A DNA stretch of 48,345 nucleotides, taken from the NCBI RefSeq assembly GCF_004010195.1, contig NC_057718.1:33553968-33602312 (forward strand), given 5' to 3'. Source of the stretch: Chiloscyllium plagiosum. Lineage: Eukaryota. Position 1 is the first letter of the stretch, and every line of letters begins with the position of its first letter. Position numbers and translations under genes: made by a program. Positions 24,910-35,530 of this stretch are shown in pieces. The notes beneath the pieces are model-generated. The model did not search any database. It saw only the letters and a list, made by a program, of their open reading frames with translations, and was not told the DNA's origin.

Positions 24910-26170
24910 GGTAAAAACAATGACTGCAGATGCTGGAAACCAGATTCTGGATTAGTGGTGCTGGAAGAGCACAGCAGTTCAAGCAGCATCTGAGCAGTAA
25001 AATCAACGGTTCAGGCAAAAGCCCTTCATCAGGAATACAGGCAGACAGCATGAAGGGTGGAGAGATAAATGAGAGGAGGGTGGGAGTGGGGAGAAAGTAG
25101 CATAGAGTACAATAGGTGAGTGGAGGAAGTGATGAAGGTGATAGGTGGGGCGGGTGGAGTGGATAGGTGGAAAAGAAGATAGGCAGGTAGGACAAGTCAT
25201 GGGGATAGTGCAGAACTGGAAGTTTGGAACTGGGGTGAGGTGGGGGAAGGGGAAATGTGAAAACTGTTGAAGTCCACATTGATGCCCTGGTGTTGAAGTG
25301 TTCCGAGGCAGAAGATGAGGCGTTCTTCCTTCAGGCGTCTGGTGGTGAGGGAGCGGTGGTGAAGGAGGCCCACGTCCTCCATGTCCTTGGCAGAGTGGGA
25401 GGGGGAGTTGAAATGTTGGTCCACAGGGCGGTGTGGTCGATTGGTGCAAGTCTTCCGGAGATGTTCCCTAAAGCGCTCTGCTCGGAGGCGTCCAGTCTCC
25501 CCAGTGTAGAGGAGACCGCATCGGGAGCAACAGATACAATAAATGATATTGGTGGATGTGCAGGTAAAATTTTGATGGATGTGGAAGGCTCCTTTAGGGC
25601 CTTGTATGGAGCTGAGGGAGGAGGTCTGGGCGCAGGTTTTGCAATTCCTGCGGTGGCAGGGGAAGATTCCAGGATGGGAGGGTGGGTTGTAGGGGGGGGG
25701 CATGGACCTGACCAGGTAGTCATGAAGGGAACGGTCTTTGAGGAAGGCGGAAAGGGGTGGGGAGGGAAATATATCCCTGGCGGTGGGGTCTGTTTGGAGG
25801 TGGCGGAAATGTCAGCGGATGATTTGGTTTATGCGAAGGTTGGTAGTGTGGAAGGTGAGCACCAGGGGCGTTCTGTCCTTGTTACCAGGAGGGGTGGGGT
25901 CTAAGGGCAGAGGTGCGGGATGTGGACGAGATGCGTTCGAGGGCATCTTTAACCATGTGGGAAGGGAAATTGCAGTCTCTAAAGAAGGAGGCCATCTGGT
26001 GTGTTCTGTGGTGGAACTGGTCCTCCTGGGAGCAGATACGGCGGAGGCGGCGGAATTGGGAATACGGGATGGCATTTTTGCAGGTGGTAGGGTGGGAAGA
26101 GGTATAATCCAGGTAGCTGTGGGAGTCGGTGGGTTTGTAAAAAATGTCAGTGTCAAGTCGGTCGTCATCG
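24910..26170 (-). mobile_element. Penelope-like retroelement (Neptune type), 5'-truncated: RT C-terminus, Cys linker, GIY-YIG endonuclease and terminal repeat
   Basis: TDIFYKPTDSHSYLDYTSSHP...IPYSQFRRLRRICS; PLVLTFH; CHRRNCKTC linker; NIIYCICCSRCGLLYTGETGR...RFREH; one frameshift near 25885 and a TGA at 25812-25814. Confidence 0.93.
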
Positions 26171-26247
26171 GTTAGCTAACTGTTATGCCAAATATCCTAT
26201 GTAATCCTACATATTTATGACAACAACATCCATATCATTAAAATAAA

Positions 26248-26889
26248 GATTTTAGATTTAGATTTTAGATTTTCTTGTCAAGTACAGGTGCCATCTTAGG
26301 TACCAATGTACCTAGGCACAAAAAAAATGTAGATACAAAAGAGTAAGAGAAATGAGAATTAGAAACTTAAGCATTACTTCATGGAATAGTAGAAAAATAA
26401 AGAAATAGGTAAGGTAATGTTAAAGTCTTTCATAGCTTAAACTCAGAAAATAAAGGAATAAAGTTAAAAGTTCAACAGTATTTGATGAATCCTCCACTTA
26501 ACTCGGTCTCCAGGGAGACCTCAGCTCTCTGTTCTCAATGTGGCCGCTGCTGCAGATACCGTTGCTGCTGCTGAAACTGCCGCCTCTCTGATCTCCCCCG
26601 GTGCCTCGGGAACATGCCCAGGCAAGATTCACTCACATTCCAAGCTGAGACACCGCCATGACCCACAGAGATTGGCTGACATGCTGCCGAGACACCAGGC
26701 TGAGAGTCGCTGAGAGACCAGGCTGGGACTTGCTACAGGAAGGTGAACACCAAGAGGGGGAAAAAAAACACCAAAAAGGGGGTAAAGAAAGAGGAAAAAA
26801 AAAAGAAAAAATAAGGAAAGAATAAATAACAGATGGAGCGGAGGAGCTCTAGTTGGAGCATCCTAGTCTGCCGCCATCTTGACCGGAAG
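26248..26889 (-). mobile_element. Non-coding retroposon-like element with a LINE-type 5' head (cttccggtcaagatggcggc) and an (aatcta)n tail
   Basis: GC-rich 5' half, YY1/ETS motifs at the 5' end, short tandem-repeat tail, no long ORF. Confidence 0.5.
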
Positions 26890-26898
26890 ATTTTTTTT

Positions 26899-27212
26899 TA
26901 GATTAGATTACTTACAGTGTGGAAACAGGTCCTTCGGCCCAACAAGTCCACACTGACCCTCCGAAGAGCAACCCACCCAGACCCATTCCCCTACATTTAC
27001 CCCTTCACCTAACACTACGGGCAATTTAGCATGGCCAATTCACCTAACCTGCATATTTTTGGACTGTGGGAGGAAACCGGAGCACCCGGAGGAAACCCAG
27101 GCAGACACGGGGAGAATGTGCAAACTCCACACAAACAGTTGCCTGAGGCAGGAATTGAACCCAGGTCTCCTGTGCTGTGAGGCAGCAGTGCTAACCATTG
27201 TGCCACCGTGCC
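26899..27212 (-). mobile_element. Full-length HE1-type V-SINE
   Basis: ggcacggtggcacaatggttagc A-box, B-box, V-domain, (taatc)n tail. Confidence 0.95.
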
Positions 27213-28611
27213 ACAGCATTATGATGAAATGCGTACTAAGAATACAAACAAGTATTCATTGGCAACAATTTCAGCAGTAATGACTGCAAATTTAATACTA
27301 TCTTCAATGTTACAGCATATGAGCCGTAAAGAAAGTTGGATGAAAAGAAAAGGAAGCAAATCTGCGCTTTAGATTCCAATACCTCATAGGATGTTCTGCC
27401 CCATTCACCAAAAGCCTTGAGGGGTACAATCATCCTGTTCAGCCACTCAAAGACTTACATTAGAAACTCAGTAGACATCACCCTCTAATTGAGGGCACCC
27501 CCTCCTGATGACAGGAGCTGTAAGCCTCCTGAAGTGGCTTCCCAATAATGGCAGGTTTCCCTGCATTTGTGAGAATTTTTAAAAAAACTGATGTTCACTG
27601 TTTGTTAAGAAAAGACTTGGCAAATCACTTTCATTCTGGAGGAGAACAGTCTACAAACTTTTATATTAGTTCCACTGACATTGTGAATAAATAACAAAAA
27701 CATTACTTGCACTATTGTATAGTAGGTTTATAAAAACAAAAAAATACAACTGAACATTTTAATAAAAAAGTTTCCTTGCTAATATTGCAGTGGAATATTG
27801 TACAACTGTCATATTTATCTTTTCTGTCAATTATCTTTGCTCTTTTTGCCACTTGGGAACAGTGCCAATCATAATTAAACCAGCAAATCTATTCAACATG
27901 AAGATCAGACCAGATCCAAGTTAGGTTGGTGAATAGGTTCAGATCTTCGAACAGAAAATATTCATCTCACTACTGACCTTTCAGCTTATCAATCTCATGT
28001 CTGTGCTTTTTGTGTTTCCGGAATTAATTGGATTGTGGACGATCAGAATCATAAACATTGTATGAAAAATGGAACACAAATTATACTGGAGTAAAATAGG
28101 TAAAGACAAAACAAACAAGTAAACCAGAAATTGAAGTAGAATTTAATGCCCTCTCAAGGTGACATTAGAGGCACAGGGCTTTAATTCAAGCCAGAGAAGG
28201 TGTGGATGAGACCCTTCATCTTCCAGCATCTGGCCTGAACATTTCCATATTTGGAATGTTCATCTTTTCTATCTCACAGTCAATGGAGGTCCTAAAGGAG
28301 GAAAATGTACACACACTTAAGGACCTCACTCTACTGTTGGTATTCAAGCAATGGAGTGGTAGAGCTCTTCTGGTGTAGTGCTAGTGTCCTTACCTCTAAG
28401 TTAGGATGCATGGGATCAAGTTACACCTGCTCTCCTGCTGTGTTATAATGTTTCTGACCAGGGATTACAAAATATCCTCATCCAGTGATGGGCAGGGTAG
28501 TGATCATGTAGGAAGCTCAAAGAAAATTCTGTTGTATTTTGAGGTAAGGAGAGGTAAGGGGATCAGGATTTTTCATTCAAATGGTACCAAAGTTCCTGAT
28601 TCAGAAACCCA

Positions 28612-30434
28612 AGATCATAAGATCATAAGACCATAAGACACAGGAGCAGAAGTAAGGCCATTCGGTCCATCGAGTCCACTCCGCCATTCAATCATGGCTG
28701 ACGAGCATTTCAACTCTACTTACCCGCATTCTCCCCGTAGCCCTTAATTCCTTGTGACATCAAGAATTTATCAATTTCTGCCTTGAAGACATTTAGTGTC
28801 CCAGCCTCCACTGCACTCTGTGGCAATGAATTCCACAGGCCCACCACTCTCTGGCTGAAGAAATGTCTCCGCATTTCTGTTCTGAATTTACCCCCTCTAA
28901 TTCTAAGGCTGTGTCCACGGGTCCTAGTCTCCTCGCCTAACGGAAACAATTTCCTAGCATCCACCCTTTCCAAGCCATGTATTATCTTGTAAGATTCTAT
29001 TAGATCTCCCCTTAATCTTCTAAACTCCAATGAATACAATCACAGGATCCTCAGCCGTTCCTCATATGTTAAACCTACCATTCCAGGGATCATCTGTGTG
29101 AATCTCNNNNNNNNNNNNNNNNNNNNNNNNNNNNNNNNNNNNNNNNNNNNNNNNNNNNNNNNNNNNNNNNNNNNNNNNNNNNNNNNNNNNNNNNNNNNNN
29201 NNNNNNNNNNNNNNNNNNNNNNNNNNNNNNNNNNNNNNNNNNNNNNNNNNNNNNNNNNNNNNNNNNNNNNNNNNNNNNNNNNNNNNNNNNNNNNNNNNNN
29301 NNNNNNNNNNNNNNNNNNNNNNNNNNNNNNNNNNNNNNNNNNNNNNNNNNNNNNNNNNNNNNNNNNNNNNNNNNNNNNNNNNNNNNNNNNNNNNNNNNNN
29401 NNNNNNNNNNNNNNNNNNNNNNNNNNNNNNNNNNNNNNNNNNNNNNNNNNNNNNNNNNNNNNNNNNNNNNNNNNNNNNNNNNNNNNNNNNNNNNNNNNNN
29501 NNNNNNNNNNNNNNNNNNNNNNNNNNNNNNNNNNNNNNNNNNNNNNNNNNNNNNNNNNNNNNNNNNNNNNNNNNNNNNNNNNNNNNNNNNNNNNNNNNNN
29601 NNNNNNNNNNNNNNNNNNNNNNNNNNNNNNNNNNNNNNNNNNNNNNNNNNNNNNNNNNNNNNNNNNNNNNNNNNNNNNNNNNNNNNNNNNNNNNNNNNNN
29701 NNNNNNNNNNNNNNNNNNNNNNNNNNNNNNNNNNNNNNNNNNNNNNNNNNNNNNNNNNNNNNNNNNNNNNNNNNNNNNNNNNNNNNNNNNNNNNNNNNNN
29801 NNNNNNNNNNNNNNNNNNNNNNNNNNNNNNNNNNNNNNNNNNNNNNNNNNNNNNNNNNNNNNNNNNNNNNNNNNNNNNNNNNNNNNNNNNNNNNNNNNNN
29901 NNNNNNNNNNNNNNNNNNNNNNNNNNNNNNNNNNNNNNNNNNNNNNNNNNNNNNNNNNNTTTTGCCTGTCATTTGTTTCTTATGTATTGAAAGAAACTTT
30001 TACTATCATTTCTAATATTACTGGCTAGCCTACCTTCATATTTGATCCTCTCCTTCCTTATTTCTCTCTTTGTTATCCTCTGTTTGTTTTTGTAGTCTTC
30101 TCAATCTTCTAATTTCCCAGTGCTCTTGGCCACTTTATAGGCTCTCTTTTTCTTTGATACATTTCCTGACTTCCTTTGTCAGCCATGGCTGTCTAATCCC
30201 TCCCCGGATAATCTTTCTCTTCTTGGGGATGAACCTCTGTACAGTGTCCTCAATTTTACCCACAAACTCCTGCCATTTTTGCTCTACTGTCTTCCCTGCT
30301 AGGCTCTGCTTCCAGTCTATTTTCGTCAGTTCCTCTCTCATGCCCTCATAATTACCTTTATTTAACTGTAACACCATTACATCCGATTTTGCCTTCTCTC
30401 TTTCAAACTGCAGACTGAACTCTACCATATTATG
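28612..30434 (-). mobile_element. Young CR1 LINE, 5'-truncated; RT region falls in an 853-N gap
   Basis: ORF2 C-terminus YSLEFRRLRGDLIESYKI...FFSQRVVGLWNSLP; linker KIDWKQSL...QPWLTKEVRKCIK; tandem tail (cataagat/cataagac) on the + strand. Confidence 0.93.
29107..29959. other. Assembly gap (853 N)
   Basis: Run of N. Confidence 1.
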
Positions 30435-30711
30435 ACCTTGATCCTGAGATTGGCCTTACACTTAATACATTTTTATTACACAAATTCTTCCAAATATCAG
30501 TTGCATGACAATGCCTAAAGACAGTAGAAATCCTGCACATGTTTCTAAATGGTCCCAGGTACAAAGTAGATGTGAAGTATATAAGTTGACTGAGACTACT
30601 TCATGCCATTTGCAGGCTTTAATGTTGTCTTTCTGGGACCACAATTTGAAAGAAAATGAACAAATGATGTGTGAGGTATAATGTTTTTGCTCACTAACTT
30701 AGAAATCAATA

Positions 30712-31417
30712 CAGGCAATTCTTGTATAAAGCATGTTTCAGCAGCATGATTTGGCTATAACATCGTTGAAGAATTTAGGGAGCGGTATTTTTGAGAACGC
30801 TTAGTTCTGTTCACAATAGCGTGATTCCAGCAGCAATCGTTTTACATGCTTTGTTTTGCCCATGCGCCGGTCAGCTGCTGACAGAGCATGAGGTACAGTA
30901 CTATACATTGAGCAGCTTCATTCCAAAAATTAAAGTAATGAATGTTCATTGCTCTCCCTCTGAGACAAGAATATTCTTGTATAATTCCTACAGGACTGCA
31001 TTACCCTTATATATACACCATTTGCCTTTCTTGTTTTTGTACCTGCATATCTCACAATTTAAACTGTCTCCCAAGAAACAGTCAGAAGATAATCAACCAT
31101 AACCATTCACTTCTGCAACCACAATTGCACCTGAAGGTGGTGATGATGATGACCCTCTGTTCCTGCATTTACAATATTTTTTCAAGGTAATGTGTTAAAT
31201 TTACTTTGGTTTTGTTAATAGATATGATTTAAACCTTGATTCGGGCTATCCTATATTTTGGTTAGGCTTTTGGGTGTTTTTTGTGCAATAGTAAGTGATA
31301 TTTTTGGTCTGCCTCTAACCCCACATTTTCCATAGACCGCATTATTTCTATTAAGTGATTTTCTATTAAGTGGAGTTTTGTTGGAATGCAACGATGACGT
31401 TATAGGAGAACTACTTG
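30712..31417. mobile_element. Tc1/mariner (Tigger/pogo-like) non-autonomous DNA transposon
   Basis: TA on both flanks; degenerate TIRs caggcaattcttgtataa and ttataggagaactacttg. Confidence 0.55.
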
Positions 31418-31556
31418 TATACTTCTTCACAGAAAGTATGTCAAAAGCCTAACCAAAATATAGGATAGCCTGAATCAAGGTTTAAATCATATCTATTAAC
31501 AAAACCAAAGTAAATTTAACACATTACCTTGAAAAAATATTGTAAATGCAGGAACA
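31158..31556. repeat. 115-bp inverted repeat (31158-31272 / 31442-31556), one mismatch, 169-bp spacer
   Basis: Direct base-by-base reverse-complement comparison. Confidence 0.95.
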
Positions 31557-32518
31557 TGTCAATGCTTTCTCTGAATCAATTAAAGGTAGAGCCTAAATAT
31601 TTGATCACAGCCAAAATAAAGCTTATAGGACTGGGGTAGATAAGTGCAGCCATACATGCATTAGGACAGGACTGTCAGATGATAAAGGGGCTAGCTCACC
31701 AGTGTGAAATATTATCTGTGTTGCAGAGAAATTCAGATGTTCACTGAGTGACTATCCAGAATGAAATACACTGAGCAACTGGCCAGTTACTTTGCCTAAG
31801 TTGTTCCAAGGTATCAGGAAGTTTGGACTTCAACTTGTGTCAAAGGCTTTGTGCAGTGCATAGTGAGCACTTTTTTCAACTGAACCGCGCCATCAACAAG
31901 CATATTACTTACAATTAGTGTTTCACAGAGATACTTATAGAGGGCTCAGCTTTTTACCATATACTATGAAGACCTAGATGAAGGATTAGTGAGCTCCATA
32001 TCCAGTTTTGTCAGTAGTGTTAAGTTAACAAATGTGGTAAGTTGCATAGATGGGTAGAAAATCACAGAGACACATTGGAGAAGTGCACAAAATGGTGGTA
32101 GGTACAGTTTTCTATGAGCTAGTTTGGAGGTCCACTTTCTTTTAAGTCACTTCAGATCCAAGAAAGAAAAACTGGAATATTTTCCTAATGAAGAGAAACT
32201 GAGAATTGTGGAAGAAAAAAAAAAGATCTGTGTACTCAACTACAGCAATCGTTGAAAGCTAGTTTAATTAAAAGGTATTTGCAAAGATAATTGAAATGTT
32301 TTCCTTTATCTCAAGGATGTTGATCTGTACAGAATCTTAACCGGTTGCTGTCTAGAGTACTGGCTATTAATTTTTGCTCCTACATTGGGAGAGTAACGTT
32401 TAAATGTTGGCTAGGGCTAAGGGTTTGGGGTTGGTGCAGAGGCTGCTGGGTAAGGTGGTGAGCTGGACAGAAGGCCTGCCTTGGTGCTCCATCACTTTAT
32501 CTAAAATTTATAAAATCA

Positions 32519-32837
32519 GGCACGGTGGCTCAATGGTTAGCACTGCTGCCTCACAGTATCAGGAACCCGAGTTCCATTCCAGCCTTGGGTGACTGTATGC
32601 AGTTTGCACATTCTTCCCATGTCTGCATGGGTTTCCTCCCACAGTTCAAAAATGTGCAGGCTATGTGAATTGGCCAGGCTAAATTGCCCATAGTGTTCAG
32701 GGATGTGTAGGATAGGTACTTTAGTCAGGGGAAATGTAAAGTAATAGGGTAGGGGAATATCTGGGTGGGATACTCTTCAGAAGGTCAGTTGTTGGGCCAA
32801 ATGGCCTTGTTTCCACACTGTAGGGATTCTATGATTC
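32519..32837 (+). mobile_element. Older HE1-type V-SINE with a different tail (gggattctatgattc)
   Basis: A/B boxes and V-domain with internal deletions. Confidence 0.9.
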
Positions 32838-33795
32838 AGCTCCCAGCTCTCATTCCTCACATGTACTTAACCTCCACACTATAATTCATGCCAATCTATG
32901 ACTCCACCCATCCCCAAAGACCCCCAAACTCCTTGTCTACCTAAGCCACTTTATTCACTTCCATAGGCCCATCACATGCACTTCTACCATACCCATGGTC
33001 CTTTACAGACCTTATGCAAACTTTTTGCCTTCTCATGCCAACCTTTGTCCTTTTCACCCATCACCATCCCAACTTATCCAGTATCCACCAGTGGCAAACT
33101 GCAGAGCCCTTGCTGAATTCAAACAAAATAAAGTTCCAAGTGTCTGTTGAAGGCTTATTTAAAGAAAAACTTATTCACAACATTATGCTCTTTCAAGTAC
33201 ATAATCTCCAAAAATAGCAAATATTCAAGTGCTTAATCCCTTATTAAAACAAACATTTAATTCAAGTGCTTAATTCTTTATAAAATAAATATTGGAATGT
33301 TCCCACTTTAGTGTCTAGAATTATGTGCAGTAATCATTTCAAATTGCGAAACTGCAGACACCTACTCTGATATTGGAAGGTTGAGAGATCAGTTATGCAG
33401 TCCTAGTTTACTGATGAATAGTCCTTCAGCAGGAGAACAGATAAAATGATATAGCAAGCTTTGAATTTTTGAACACTCCACAGTTTTTTTAAACAAATGT
33501 ACATGGTTTTAAATACCTTGATAGCTTGACAGTTCCTTTTGAAGTTCTCTTGGCATTTTCATCCAAATGAAATTTCTAATGGGATTGTGCCCTTTTAATA
33601 CATTCATGTCTACTTCTAACAATTTCACAAGATTCTTTACCTGTTCCAACGGATATCATATCATTCCCAAAGGGGGCTTGAGAACCCATATAGTTGTTCT
33701 ATGACCATAATTAAAGACATATCTTCCCTCTCTAGAAGGGTAACCTCACCTCTAATTGGCTCCAAAAAAATTAGACCTGCTTCTGCCAGATCTAA

Positions 33796-34850
33796 TCATA
33801 AGACCATAAAACATAGGAGTAGGTATTAAGCCACTCAGCCCATGCCCTTGTACTCAAGAACCTATCGATCTCAGTCTTAAATATATTCAATAATCTGTCC
33901 TCCACAGCCTTCTCTGGCAATGAATTCCACAGATTCACCACTCTCTGGCTGAAGAATTTCCTCCTTTTCTCCATTCTAAAAAAGGTATTCCCTAAGGCTA
34001 TGCCCTCAGGTCATAGTCTCTCTCCTACCAATGGAGAGATCTTTCCAACATCTGCTCTGTCCAGGCCATTCAGTAATCTGTATGTTTCAATTTGATCCCA
34101 CCTCATCTTTCTAAACTCTATTGAGTATAAACCCAGAGCCCTCAATCATTACTCATATATTAAGCTTTTCATTCCTGGGACCATTCTCATGAACCTGCTC
34201 TGAACATACTCCAGGACCAGTACATCCTTCCTGAGATATGGCACTCAAAACTTCACATAATACTCCAAACGTGGTCTAACCAGAACTTTACAGAGCCTCA
34301 GAAGTATATCCCTGCTTTTATATTTAAGTCTTCTCAAAATAAATACCATTATTGTATTTGTCTTCCTAAGTACTGACTCAACCTGCAAGCCTATTATGCG
34401 GCACGGTGGCACAGTGGTTAGCACTGCTGCCTCACAACGCCAGAAACCCGGGTTCAGTTCCCGCCTCAGGCGACTGTCTGTGTGGAGTTTGCACATTCTC
34501 CCAGTGTCTACGTGGGTTTCCTCCGGGTGCTCCGGTTTCTTCCCACAGTCCAAAGGTGTGCAGGTTGGGTGAATTGGCCATGCTAAATTGTCCGTAGTGT
34601 TAGGTAAGGGGTAAACGTAGGGGTATGGGTGGGTTGCGCTTCGGCGGGTCGGTGTGGACTTGTTGGGCCGAAGGGCCTCTTTCCACACTGTAAAGTAATC
34701 TAACCTAATCTAACTCCCAAGTGTCTTTGCACTTCAGACTTCTGAATTTTCTTCCCAGTTAGAAAATATTTCATGTCTCTATTCTTTGAACCAAAGTGCA
34801 TGACCTCACACTTATACCACGTTATATTTCATCTGCCACTTCTTTATCCA
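33796..34850 (-). mobile_element. CR1 LINE 3' fragment interrupted by an HE1 SINE
   Basis: FFSQRVVNLWNSLP and LVRPRLEYYVKF motifs; tail aatcataagaccataa. Confidence 0.9.
34398..34713 (+). mobile_element. Full-length HE1-type V-SINE nested in CR1
   Basis: Near-identical to 43581-43883. Confidence 0.95.
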
Positions 34851-35029
34851 CACATGCTGTAGTTCCTTCTCCTAGCTAAAGCAGTTATTTGTGGGCATCT
34901 ACCTCCATGAATCACAATGTGCAATCTGGAACCAGACCTCACTCCCCCGCCATCATCATATTGTAGGGGCCTTGGTCTAGATTGGATCATCCAGATTTAG
35001 GCACATTTTTCACATTGAATTGCCATCAT

Positions 35030-35530
35030 TATGAAAATTCAGGCCATTGTGCTTAGATCTGGAAGGAGATATTGGCCTTGGAATGTGTATAGTGTGGAGT
35101 CGCCAGAATGATAACAGGGCTTAAAGGTTAAATTGAGGGTAGATTCCATAAACTTGGCTTCTATTTGTTTGAGTTTAGAAAGCTGAGGGGTGATCTAGTT
35201 GAGGGTTGAAAATAGTAAAAAGGATTCAATAGAGTGGATACAGAGATTTCTTCCCGTTTAAGATTCTACTATTAAAACTAAATTTTAAAGTCATTCTGGA
35301 TTGAACTAAGCACAGTTCAAGTCCATAGTCCTCTCTTTCAGAGTATGGTAGACGTTAAGTTAATTGAAATTTTAAGTTCTGAAATAAATGGATTTTAATT
35401 AGCTATGAATATGAATGGATTTGTGTCATAGATGCATAAATAGCTACAGATCAATAATGATGTAGCTCTATGGCAGAAAAACACTTCAGGTACTGAACAA
35501 ACAACTCCTTCCACTCCTTCCCTTCCTGTG
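35030..35530 (+). mobile_element. Old, decayed CR1 3' fragment
   Basis: gagtttagaaagctgaggggtgatcta (EFRKLRGDL) motif. Confidence 0.7.

Noticed and set aside
25257..26175. Plus-strand ORFs of 215 and 145 aa
   Set aside because: Antisense shadows of the GC-rich Penelope ORF.
34406..34597. Recurring small ORF MAQWLALLPH... (also 27015-27206) and tRNA-like heads
   Set aside because: Translations and pol III heads of HE1 SINEs, not genes or tRNAs.
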